Origin: Octopus vulgaris
Lineage: Eukaryota
Direction of reading: 5' to 3'
Length of the DNA stretch: 64,000 nucleotides
NCBI GenBank assembly: GCA_951406725.2
Contig: OX597826.1
Span: 1,736,001-1,800,000, forward strand
Below are positions 13,879 through 26,592 of the stretch, one piece after another. Numbering within the stretch: the stretch's first letter is position 1; each line of letters opens with the position of its first letter. Made by a program: the position numbers and the translations under genes. The notes beneath the pieces were generated by a model that was given only the letters and a program-made list of their open reading frames with translations, did no database searches and was not told the origin of the DNA.

Positions 13879-14080
13879 TTCATTCAATCGGCACAAGGCC
13901 TGAAATTTTGAGAGAGGGGATTATCCAATAACATTGACCTACCCCAGTACTCAACTGGTACTTATTAACTCTGAAAGGATGAAAAGCAATGTTGACCTCG
14001 GCCGAATTTGAACCCAGAATGTAAAGACAGGCGAAATGCATTATGTCTAGCGTGCTAATGATTCTGCCGTTTCGCCACCT
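13155..14080 (-). mobile_element. head-to-tail array of four SINE copies (GGTCGACTTTGCCTTTCATCCTTTCGGGGTCGATAAA family) separated by (AAT)n
   Basis: GGCACAAGGCCTGAAAT...CTGGTACTTAT...GAAAGGATGAAAGGCAA...ATTTGAACTCAGAA repeated at ~230-250 bp period. Confidence 0.75.
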
Positions 14081-14914
14081 GTTGGAAATAATAGGAAAAA
14101 AATCTCTCAAAATCAACACACTGCGATCTTAACTCAAGAAAAGACACACCAGATAATGTAATCATTGCCATACCACTGAAATGACAGGATGGTCATGGAT
14201 GGAGCAAATTTGTAGTCATAAAGCGACTCAGTCAGAGAAGACCCTGGGTTAACAATAAGTGTAACCATAACAACAGCATCAACAGTAAAAACCATATTGG
14301 AAGTTGTGAGCTACCTTAGGTGCCTCTATGTGGTTGTTTGACTTGCTAGAATTAGCAGTAAAATCTCCCTCAAATCATACCCCACTGTCGAAAAATAGAA
14401 AAAAATAAAGGGACATGTTGGCTAATGTAGACCCTGAAGTATAAAAAGCTGGGGTGGTCATGGCAAGAAGAACCCATCCTGGAGCTAATCTACTGTAACA
14501 ACTTTATATATATATATATACAAATATACACACACAAATATATATATACCTATAAACACATACACAAACGCACACATATACGCAAACACATACCTGTACA
14601 CAAATACATAAACACATATAGATACACATATATACATACACAGATACATGTATATACACACGAATAAGCACATAAATGCAAAACAAGGTGGGAAAAATAG
14701 TACTCGACTACCGAAGGCAGAGTAATATGCTTTATTATTAAAAGCTGATCACAACTGTCCAAGGAACAGAAACATGAAACTGAGTATCAGTTTTGAGATA
14801 TTTTTACAGCTTTAATAAAAAAAAGTATATATATATATACACACACGCACACACATGCATTCATATATGCACAGATTCACATATACAAATATATATATAT
14901 ATATATATATACGT

Positions 14915-15075
14915 ACACACATTTATATGTGTGTAAACATATATCATATATATATATATATATCATATATATATATACATATCATATATATATATACATA
15001 CACACATTTATATGTGTGTAAACAAATATATATATATTATATATATATATACATACACACATTTATATGTGTGTA

Positions 15076-15111
<36 letters not shown>

Positions 15112-15190
15112 CACACATTTATATGTGTGTAAACAAATATATATATATATATCATATATATATATACATACACACATTTATATGTGTGTA

Positions 15191-15195
<5 letters not shown>
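14915..15195. repeat. compound minisatellite: ACACACATTTATATGTGTGTAAAC x5 embedded in (TA)n
   Basis: Seen directly; the core is a self-complementary hairpin. Confidence 0.9.
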
Positions 15196-15239
<44 letters not shown>

Positions 15240-17508
15240 TCATTTCAAGAGAGGAAAGATATACAAAACTAACAGAAATGTAAAGAATTTTATGAAAACA
15301 ATTTTTTTTCTTCATTACCTTTTCTTGTCTTTGGGTTGTGTTGTAGACTTGTTCCTTTCTCATAAGATTTTGGTAAACTTTCCGATATTGACACTGTATA
15401 CCAAAAGTAGTAGATGCCATAAAAAAAATTCAAAATATATCTATATAGATATACATATATATTGATAGATATATATGTATATATTTAAAAATAAACGAAT
15501 ATATCTGTATATGTTTATATGTGTATATATATATGCTATTTTATAAAAATTCTATGTGTATTATATAATTATATACACAAGTGTGATGTGTGCATAACAT
15601 GTATATTTATCATGTATATATCCAAAACAGTGGTACAGAATTCCAAGATTGACAGAGAAAATATAACTTTAAATTCTTCCTTCAAAAGGTACCGTTACCT
15701 GTTACGCAGCCATGGTACCGACAAACTGCAAGAAATTGGTATTTCAGGGGCTCGTTCTTTTCTTTCTTTCTAGTTGATATTGAGGCTTATTTTTGGGAGC
15801 TGGTTTTGATTTCTTTTAGGGGTCTGACAGTTATGTTTTAATATCTAAACACATATATATATTTACATATATAATATATATATATATATATATTAATATA
15901 TATATATTAATATATATATATATATATATATATGTAAACTTATATAAAAATTTCTTGTTTCTGTCTTACTTTTATTTTAAGTTCCTTCAGTTAGGGGGGT
16001 CCAGAGGGGGTAGTTTTGTTTTGCCTTTTTGTGTTTCTTTTCTTTTCCTTTTCTTTTCTTAGTACCCCACACTGACAAGAATTATAACAACAGCAGCCGA
16101 ATTAGAGGCAGCAGCAGTGTGCTGTAAGAAGAAGAAATCAGCACCAAGGACAACGGCAAGGAAGACCCCCACCACAGTGACGGCGGCGACCACGAAGATG
16201 TCTGAATGCCAGCACTTCACAAGCCAGAGAGCAGCAGACTCCTTCCTTTCCTTCAACTCCACCCACTTAACTTATAATAAAAACTTTTCCTATATTAAGA
16301 CTACCTTAACTAGCTTGCACTCATAATAAGCCTTTCTTTCCTTCTTTCTTTACCTCCTCCCCTGCCTTCCGTTACTTAGTCTTAGTCTTTCTTCCCCTCC
16401 CCCCACCACCATCATCTTTTTCTCTTTACTCCTTGCTTTATTTCTTCTTATTCGTTTTTATTTTCTTCCTCTCCTCTCCCCTTTACTTTCTCTCTTCAGC
16501 ACACTCATACACACTCTCTCTCGTTTGCCATTTCTATCTCTCTACCCTCCTCCCTCAACCTTTACACACACACGTTCACGTACACACACACACACGCACA
16601 CATATGCATGTATATACACAGAAAGAGAGAGAGAGAGAGAGAGAGGGAGAAAAGAAAGGAGAAAGAAAGATAAGAGTCAAAAATGGCACAAAGATGGTAC
16701 TTGGGAATAATATAATATATATTCTATAGGTAAGTGGAAAGAAATATGGAAGAAGCAGCCGATAGAGATATAATGAGAGTAATTAATACATTCAGTGATA
16801 TTTATTTATTACTTTATCCTCTATATTTTTTCACTTATCCTTCTCTATCTTCATCTATCTTTTCCATTCTTCACATCATTCCCTTACCCCGCCCCGTCTC
16901 TTTTCTCATCTTACCCACCATGACCACCACCACCACACATTCATACTCACTCTTTTCTTTTCATTTCCTCTCTTTCCCAATCTTCCTTTCCTCTCTCTCT
17001 CTTTCTGTTTTATTTCTCATACTGTCCTCTTCACCTCATACTATCACCTCTTTCCCTCTCTTCATAAAACTCTTCCCTTTCTCTGTGTCTCTCTCTCTCT
17101 CTCTCCTTATTAACTTCTGTGTATGTATGCTTCTCTCTCTCTCTCTGCTTTTTTTACTTCATTCCTTTATCTAACACCTCACATCCCTCCAAGTCACCTA
17201 CACAGCTGCCTGTCGGGGAGGGGGGTCTATCTCTGTCTATCTTCATCTCTATATATCTCACTTTTTATTGCAACCCACATATCTCTCCAGCATCCACTTC
17301 TACAATATCTTCCCTCATCTTCATCATTCTCAATATCTTTATCACCACCACCACCGTTATCATCATTACTATCATTACCATCTCCGCACCTCTCTGTACC
17401 ACCTTCCCTCTTTCGCATTCTTTACACCACTCACTCACAATATTCTACTCTATTTGCATATTCCTCAAATTTCTCTCTCTCTCCCCATCTGTCTTACTAT
17501 CTGTGACC

Positions 17509-17564
<56 letters not shown>

Positions 17565-18013
17565 ATGTGTGTGTGTGTATATCTATATCAATGACCCAAA
17601 CAGATGTCAGTGGGAACTCCAGAGCAAACACTGGATCTGCTCAGATGAATTATTATTGTCTGCCATGCTATTAATTATTTTCACTTCCTTCATTAAGTTT
17701 ATATACAGATCTACACACACACACACACACACATTCCTGGAGAGAAAGACATGATTTACAGCTAATGTAACTTAGAATCCATGTCCTCTTGCATGCATAT
17801 ATCTATATTTATATTAAAGCAATGCAGTTAATGTCCGGTCATAGAATGACCAATGGTTTCACACCCATGAACGCTGTAGCCTCCTGGATGTCTCGTCAGA
17901 TTCTAAAGCCAAAGACACATATATATATGTAGGTCCCGGGTTGGGTCGGGGTTAACCACAGTAAATAAGGTACTCAATACATAGCAGAGTAAATTAATTT
18001 ATTATATAGAAGG

Positions 18014-18064
18014 AGCTTCTACAGGACTAGAACTGTTTCATTCAAATGAAATCATCAGGAAGCT
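18014..18064 (-). ncRNA. type I hammerhead ribozyme motif (family A, minus copy)
   Basis: Identical reverse complement of 18119-18169. Confidence 0.65.
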
Positions 18065-18118
18065 TGGTGTCAAGAATAGTTTTGACATGTATAAATGCCA
18101 AAACTATTCTTGACACCA

Positions 18119-18169
18119 AGCTTCCTGATGATTTCATTTGAATGAAACAGTTCTAGTCCTGTAGAAGCT
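18119..18169 (+). ncRNA. type I hammerhead ribozyme motif (family A)
   Basis: Stem I AGCUUC/GAAGCU; core CUGAUGA; weak stem II UUC-AUUU-GAA; GAAA; stem III ACAG/CUGU with loop UUCUAGUC; cleavage triplet GUA. Confidence 0.7.
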
Positions 18170-18340
18170 CCTTCTATAAAATAAATATATATATATATAT
18201 ATATATGTTAGGAAGGGCATCCAGCTGTAGAAACACTGCCAGATCAGACTGGAGCCTGGTGCAGCCTTCTGGCTTCCCAGATCCCTGGTCGAACCGTCCA
18301 ACCCATACTAGCATGGAGAACGGACGTTAAACGATGATGA

Positions 18341-18378
<38 letters not shown>

Positions 18379-18858
18379 GAGTGGCTGTGTGGTAAGAAGC
18401 TGGCTTCCCAACCACATGGTCCTGGGTTCAGTACCACTGTGTGGCACCTTGGGCAAATGTCTTCTACTGTAGCCTTGGGCCGACTAAAGCCTTGTGAGTG
18501 GATTTAGTAGACGGAAACTGAAAGAAGCCTGCCATGTATATGTATATGCATTTGTGTGTCTGTTCCTCCACCATCGCTTGTTCACCAGCGTTGGTGTGTT
18601 TGCTTCCCTTTAACTTAATGGTTTGGCAAAAGAGACCAATAAAATAAGTACTAGGCTTAAAGATTTGTTTGACTAAAGGCAGTGCTCCAGCATGGCCACA
18701 GTCAAATGACTGAAACAAATAAAAGAGTAAAAGGGGTGATGTAGTACTTATTCTACGAGTTCTCTTTTGCCAAACTGCTAAGTTACAGGTACATAAACTC
18801 ACCAACATCAGTGGTGGGGACAAACACAGACACAAATACATACATATATGTGTGTGTA

Positions 18859-19158
18859 GAGGCACATGGCCTAGCGGTTAGAGCAGTGGACTCGCAGTCG
18901 AGGGATCACAGGTTCGAATCTCAGACCGGGCGATGTGTGTGTTTATGAGCGAAACACCTAAGCTCCACGCGGCTCTGGCAGAAGGTAATGGCGAACTTCT
19001 ACTGACTCTTTCGCCACAAGTTTCTCTCACTCTTTCCTCCTGCATTTTGCAGCTCACCTGCAAAGGACCGGTGTCCCATCCAGGTGAGGAACCTATATGC
19101 CAAGGAAACCGGGAAACCAGCCCTTATGAGCCAAGCATGGCTTGAGGAGGAAGAAACA
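18859..19158 (+). mobile_element. tRNA-derived SINE (second copy 28565-28865)
   Basis: Head TGGCCTAGCGGTTAGAGC...GGTTCGAATC; body GTCCCATCCAGG reminiscent of the V-SINE domain; two diverged full copies. Confidence 0.75.
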
Positions 19159-19589
19159 CACATCTTCCCTTCTTTCCTGAGCGTCCAATAATACTTTAAT
19201 TGTTCCACATCCTCGCGTTGTTGTCTTTTTGTTTTCTTGTTTGGATTAACTTTATATATATATATATATAGTGGGACTGAACCTGGAACCATGTGATTGG
19301 TAAGCAAGCTACTTACCACACAGCCACTCCTGCATCAAGATATCATATAAATAATATGCTTGGATAAACTGGTTAGGACATTCCTGGCACAGAATCTCAG
19401 CATCTATTTTGGCTCTTGGTCATCTTTTTCCTGTGGTTCAGCATGCTGAAAATCAGCCTTTCCCAGTTCTTTAACCCATCTTCCTTCAGCTGACTCTTCT
19501 ACAGACTCCTTCTGCTTGGAACACTTCTTCCAACTCGAATTCTTCATTTGCATCAAGTGTCCACATTAGAGTAGTCTTCTCTCTTATAT

Positions 19590-19930
19590 AAGGTAAAGGG
19601 TAAAGACCCCCATCAGTCATGAATGACCATGGGATTGCACTAGAAAGTTCTTCTCTAAGGAACAAGTCTGGGCAAGGTTGTGTATGGAAGACCAGCAGTC
19701 GCCCATGCATACCAGCCATGCTGTCTCCATGGCACCAATGTTATCCAAGGGAAAGGCAAAGGGGGCCGATACAGCTTGGCACCAGTGATGTCACAACTCA
19801 TTTCTACAGCTGAGTGAACTGCAGCAATGTGAAATAAAATGTCTTGCTCAAGAACACAATACATAGCCTGGTCCAGGAATCGAACTCACTACCACATGAC
19901 TGTGAGCCCAACACTAACTACTGAGCCATT
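19590..19930 (-). mobile_element. tRNA-derived SINE, further family (partial copies 10330-10505, 28260-28470, 55228-55457)
   Basis: Reverse-strand head TGGCTCAGT...GTTCGATTCC; shared body GTGTTCTTGAGCAAGACA. Confidence 0.7.
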
Positions 19931-20939
19931 TCATTCATTCACCATTCATGTTTACCCTCTCTCAGCTCTGATGTCATGCATGCCTCTTCCTTCTCACTTC
20001 AGCACATCCTCTTCGTGTCTTGCTAATTTGCAATAAAACACTACATTTATCTATCGCTTGTTTCAGTCATTGGGCTATGGCCATGCTGGAGCACCACCTT
20101 GAGGGGTTTAGGTGAACAACTTGAACTCAATACACTTTATTTCAATGACTGGTGGCTTATTCTATTAGTCTCTTTTGCTGAATCACTAAGTTGCAGGGAT
20201 TTAAACAAACCAACACCAGCTGTCAAGCAGTGGGGGGGTGAGAAACACAAACACCACACACGTGTGTGTGTGTGTGTGTGTATATATAACATATATATAT
20301 ATATATATAGGCGCAGGAGTGGCTGTGTGGTAAGTAGCTTGCTTACGAGCCACATGGTTACAGGTTCAGTCCCGCTGCATAGCACCTTGGGCAAGTGTCT
20401 CCTACTATAGCCTCGGGCTATAGTGGATTTGGTAGATGGAAACTGAAAGAAGCCTGTTGTATGTATATATATTTATGTGTATGTCTCAACATCGCTTGAC
20501 AACTGATGCTGGTGTGTTTGCGTCCCCGTAACTTAGTGGTTCAGCAAAAGAGACTGATAGAATAAGTACTAGGATTACAAAGAATAAGTCCTGGGGTCGA
20601 TTTGCTCAATTCAAGGCAGTGCTTGAAAGAATAAAGAATAAAAAATGACTGAAAGAATAAAAGAATATATGTGTATAGATATATAGACACACAAACACAC
20701 ACACGATAGATTCCCACGTTGTCTGTGTCTCCCAAAATTCCTTCACAAGGCATTGGTTGGTCTGGGGCTAAAAATCCCAAAGGTATTACACAATGGGACT
20801 GAACCTGGAATCACATGGTTGCAAAGCAAGTTTGTTTTTTTTTTAACAACATGGTCATACTTGAGTCTGCTTCACAAAGAAGTACCATACAACTTGTCCT
20901 TCACAATAACAGAAAAAAAGAAAACACTCTTATGACACA

Positions 20940-21185
20940 AAGGTTAAAGTTCTCTGAACTTTCTTACTCAGGTAAGCTCTGTTTTCGCACCACCCACCTT
21001 CATTACTGATTAAGTCATCCTGGTAACAAAACCTACCTGCTAATTCCAGTCGGTCTTCTGAACAGTTGACTAATTGCATGTCTTGTGTGATCTTACTACT
21101 AACCACTCCTGTGCACCTGTTACAGATCAAGTTCTTCACAGTCAACCTGCAGAAGATTCCACTGCACCTTTTCTTTTTGCACATA
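20940..21185 (-). mobile_element. RTE-X/RTE-like LINE fragment (Cys-rich finger plus post-RT region), degenerate
   Basis: KRCSGI...LICNRCTG...LELAGRFCYQDDLISNEGG resembles HKRCSG..C..C...LE.V..F.YLGD.I...GG. Confidence 0.65.
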
Positions 21186-21594
21186 GCAAAATACTAAGAT
21201 AAATTTAATCAGGTAAACCATTCCTTCAAAATGACTGGCCTAGCGTCTAAATTACTATTATTATTATTTATTCATCATCATCGTTTAACGCCTGTTTTCC
21301 ATGCTGGCATGGGTTGGACGGCTTGACTGAGATCTAGAAAGCCAGCTGCTGCACCAAGCTCCAATCTGATCTGGATGCCCTTCCTAACGCCAATCACTTC
21401 GAGAGTGTAGTGGGTGCTTTCTACATGACACCGGCACAGGAGCCAGTCAGGCCTGCCTGGTATCAATCACGTTCAGATAGTGCTTTTTACATGCCACTGG
21501 CACGGGAGCCAGTCAATGAGTACTGGCATTGGCCAGGTTCGGATGGTGCTGTTTACATGCCACTGGTATGGGAGCCAATCAGAGGGTACTGGTA

Positions 21595-21631
<37 letters not shown>

Positions 21632-22152
21632 AGGTAGGTGTGAGAGGCAGGATCTGGTTGGTTTGAAAATGAAGCAAAAGGAAGATTTGGACCAGATATT
21701 GCTGATTTAAATGCCAAAGGTTAAACTGACCTAAAAATCTTCCATCAAAATTCCATGTCAATTTATTTATATGTCAGATACCAGCTAAATAATGACAGTT
21801 ATTTTATTGAATCCTTCATTATTTATCAAAAAAATAGTTGAAAAAGAAGCAATGAGTTTCAATAGAAATATGGTAACAAAAGGGTAAAATTCGTTTTTAA
21901 TTATTTTCTTTTAACAATTAAATATGTCTTGTAAGTTATTTAGCATTAATTATTCAGTGAGAGCAATTAAAGCATTATTATATTCAAATAACCATCTACA
22001 TTATATATTTAATGTATATACACTGTTGACAGGTAAGTTACTGCAATTTCCATCCAAGATAAATGTTTATGTAGAGAGAGAGAGAGAGAGAAATAGATGT
22101 AGATAGTGAAATAGAGTGATGGATAGAAAGAGATAGATGGAGCAATAGAGAG

Positions 22153-22189
<37 letters not shown>

Positions 22190-22341
22190 CATATATATAT
22201 AGAGAGAGAGATAGCTGGAGAGAGAGAGAGAGAGAGAGAGAGATAAATGAAGTGAGAGATAGAGAGAGGTAGATAGAGATAGATATAGGCGGAAAGATAG
22301 ATGGAGTGATAGAAAGAGAAAGAGACAGAGAAAGAGAGATG

Positions 22342-22422
<81 letters not shown>

Positions 22423-25400
22423 TGTTAGATATAGAGAGACAAATCGATATAGACAGAGAGATAGATATAAAATAGACAACTCAATCAATAGATTTAGAAA
22501 CAAGTGTTCATAATTAGAACCAAAGAACAGGTTTAATAGTTTGATCTTCTCTTGACATACATCGTGTTCTTAGTTGAGCCTCCCACCCACACCACCATTT
22601 ACAGAACTATTATGAGAACCTCAAGTACCATTGCTACCATTAGTAGTACAATCCTTATCATCCGGATTACCACCCTCGGCTACATAATAACACATTACAC
22701 CAACACCACCGCAATTTAGGATCCCAATCGCCATGCCCACTGGCGCCATCACCAACACCACCCTCCAATAACAAAAACCTATCAGGTGTCAGAGCCAAGG
22801 AAAGAATCTCTAAGTGGTTTCTTGACCGGCTACAAATAGCAGTTAAATTCCATCAGATCACACCCTGGAATGTCTTTGGTTATAATCACATCTGCTTGAT
22901 TAGAACTGACAACAAAAAAAAACCATTGAGGGGGGGGGGGAGTGTCAATGTTATTTATTGCTTGTGCTGAAAGAAGAAAGAACAGCCACATCTCCCTCAA
23001 ATCACAACTGGTATTGGAAAGAACACTGAAATCTCAGATTTTTTATTAAACTGCTTTACCACAAAAGAACAAACACCAAGATAGTGTTGCTCTTGTTGCT
23101 CTTGGACTAAGTATGACAGCAGCAGTGGTCAAGATGTTGGCTGGTCATTGTGTGATGCTGCTGACCTCTGTCCATTGCTTTTGTGGTGTCACAGAACTCA
23201 GGTCAGCTGCTGCTTCTGCTATTATATATATTTTTCTTTTATTTGTTTTAGTCATTTGACTGCGGCCATGCTGGAGCACTGCCTTTTAGTTGAAGAAATC
23301 GACCCCAGGACTTATTCTTTGTAAGCCTGATACCTATTCTGCTAGGCCCCTTTGACAAACTGCTAAATTACAGGGATGTAAACACACTGACATTGGTTGT
23401 CAAGCGATGGTGGGGGACAAACATAGACACAAAGGCACACAAATATATATATATATATATAAATTTTAAAAAAACCCACCTTTTATCAATTCAATAATGA
23501 AAAATTAAATTATACCATTTAGAAAAATTACATCTTATAGAAAGATTAAATATAAGGTAAAACATATAACAATGATTAAGTAATGTGCAAAAAAGTAAAT
23601 ACAACGCATATATTTGATTTAGTATTTCTAAATTGAATTTTTCCCTGTAAGTTTGGAATAATATTCCTTCATATTATTATACCACCACCACCACCATTGC
23701 TCTACTATCTGCAATACTACCACCATCAACTATCCAACACACCAACAACACTACAACCTCTACTGTGATTATGAACTATCATCTTTATCATTACCGCCGC
23801 CGCCACCACCATCATCATCATCATCATCATCGTAAACATTCCCCCTCCCACTTTCCCATTGGTACTATCACCTCCATTGTTATCCTCACACCATATCAAC
23901 TCCCATCATCTGCCCAACCACCACCATCCACCAGCATGGCTGCCACCACCATCATCATCATCAACCACTGCTACCACTGTCATAATCTACCACCACTGCC
24001 TGCAGACATCACCATCCACCACCACCACCACCACCACCGCCGCCACCATCATGGACCATATCTATCACTCCTCCCTAGACCATCACAACCTGGTATTCTC
24101 CACCACCATAACCAAAGCATCCTCCCCTTCAACGACCCTCCACCACTACCACTATAATCATACCATCCCCACCTCTCTCCCACACCACCACCACCACCAC
24201 CACCAGTACTGCCATAACCAGTAGTTATTCAGAACCCCCCACACCACTTCACCCCCCTGTGTTTATTTTCAGCACACTTCTGTAAATGTAGCCAGAAGTT
24301 CATGACCTTGGGTCATGCAAAATAAATCTTAACAACAACAGCAACAACAACAGCATCAGCAACCACCACCACCACCACCACAAATAGCAACAACAGTAAT
24401 AACAAAGAGCCAACATAAAAAGCCTTCACATGGTAACTTAATCTGCTAGAAATACTAACTAAAATCACACCACATAAAAGAAAAGGGTGGGACACCTTTT
24501 ACCTTTTATCTTTTTACTTGTTTCTGGTTATTAAAGTGTGGCCATGCTGGAGCACTGCTTTGAAGGATTTTTAGTTGAATAAATTGATCCTGGTAATTAT
24601 TTTTTTAAGCCTTGTACTTATTCTATAGGTCTCTCTTTTTAGCTGAATCATTAAGTTATAGGGATGTAAACAAACCAACACCAGTTGTCGAGCTGTGGTG
24701 AGGGACAAACACAGACACACATATGCACACATACATATGCACGCACACACACACACACTGGGCTTCCACACAGTTTCCATCTACCAAATTCACTCACAAA
24801 GCTATGACAGGCTTGGGACCATAGTAATTTTACGGACCTTGCACACTCCGGTAATTGCCCTTGTGTAAGGCTCTTAGAGGGTCCCTGCCTGTCATACTTG
24901 ACCCTGTCCAATCATTTAGGGACTGTTAAAGATTGCCTTTGTGTATTTTGTCTTGGGCAGTGGTTCTCAACCAGGGTCCACAAGATGTTTGGGGTTCCAA
25001 CTGCAATAAATTGCACAGGCATGGCTGTGTGGTAAGAAGCTTGCTTCGGAACCACATGGTTCTTGGTTCAGTCCCACTGCATGGTACCTTGGGCAAGTGT
25101 CCTCTGCTATAGCTTCGTGTTGAACAAGGCCTTGTGCATGGATTTGGTAGCCGGAAACTGAAAGAACTCCATCGTATATTCTTTTATTTGTTTCAGTCAT
25201 TCAATTGTGGCCGTGCTGGAGTACCGCTTGTTGGGGTTTTAGTCAAACAAATCAACTGGTGCTGGTGCCATGCAAAAAGCACCTGGTACACACTGCAAAG
25301 TGGTTGGCATTAGGAAGGGCGTCCAGCCATAGAAACCAAGCCAAAATCAGACTATGGGATCTGGTTCAGCCTCTGACCTTGTCAAGCTATCCAGCCCATG

Positions 25401-26360
25401 CCAGCACAGAAAACAAATATTAAATAATTACGATATTAGATAAGGACTTTAATACTGTGACTTTTTTTCCTGTGACTTTATTACCGGTCACTGACCAGTG
25501 GACCTTTGTTGTCATGGCGATTTTGTGCTGCTGACTTTGAAATTATAGAAAGCAATCTGTGTGACAGCATGCGGTTAGTTCAAAAACAGAGAGAGCAGTT
25601 AGCAACAAGCAAAACCTCATGAAAATGCAATTGACAACTCCACACCTCTCTTCCTAACATTGCTGGCCTTGTGCAATTATCATCATCAGTGTGAAAAACT
25701 ACATCAGAACAACATTTCTTTGGAAATAATCTGGTGAAAATTTGAAAAACTTCAAGTGGTTAGAAGAAACAGAACAAGGTCCAAAAGTTAGCCTCCATAA
25801 GATTTGAACTTGGAACATAAAAAGTCAGATGCAATACTACTGTAAAGCATTTCGTCCTGTGCTCTAATGATTCCGCCAATCCACTACCCTTGACTTCTCC
25901 GATCCAGAATATCCAAAATGCAAAAAGTAAATAAAAACTATTTGCCAACATAGGCACAGGAGTGGCTGTGTGGTAAGTAGCTTGCTAACGAGCCACGTGG
26001 TTCTGGGTTCAGCCCCACTGTATGGCACCTTGGGCAAGTGTCTTCTACTATAGCCTCGGGCCAACCAAAGCCTCGTGAGTGGATTTGGTAGACAGAAACT
26101 GAAAGAAGCCCCTTGTGTATATGTATGTATATATATATGTATGTGTGTATATATGTTTGTGTGTCTGTGTTTGTCCCCCCACACAACATTGCTTGACAAC
26201 CGATGCTGGTGTGAACTTAGCAGTTCGGCAAAAGAGACTGATAGAATAAGTACTAGGCTTACAAAGTCCTGGGGTTGATTTGATTGAGTAAAGGCAGTGC
26301 TCCAGCATAGCCACAGTCAAAATGACTGAAACAAGTAAAAGAGTAAACAGTAACATAATG

Positions 26361-26592
26361 TGGCTGTCCTGGAAGGGATGATTGATACTGTTGTTCAGCC
26401 CCAGGAAACATTGTTTCCAGTTGGTTATACGACACAATATCAGTGTCCTTATATTTTCGAATAGGGAGTCCAGCACCCCCATCCAGTGCAAAGCAACATC
26501 TGTGGACCCAGAAACCGGTCCACAGATGTTGCTTTTGTACAATGTTTCCTCGGACTAAACAACAATAATGACCATACTTTCCAGGACAACCA
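26361..26592. repeat. nested inverted repeat: ~54-bp imperfect outer arms and a 19-bp perfect inner hairpin
   Basis: 26361-26414 pairs with 26539-26592; AAAGCAACATCTGTGGACC (26490-26508) pairs with GGTCCACAGATGTTGCTTT (26517-26535). Confidence 0.85.

Larger units (their letters stand above)
17997..18186. mobile_element. foldback of two Penelope pLTR-like arms (~80-90 bp inverted repeat)
   Basis: 18005-18084 is the exact reverse complement of 18099-18178; each arm carries a hammerhead motif followed by AATAAA. Confidence 0.75.

Noticed and set aside
16063-16326. Plus-strand exon after a strong polypyrimidine/AG acceptor
   Set aside because: Low-complexity peptide, no recognisable homolog or partner exons; cannot be supported
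18859-18930. tRNA genes (also the other A/B-box heads)
   Set aside because: No complete cloverleaf; they continue into multi-copy SINE bodies
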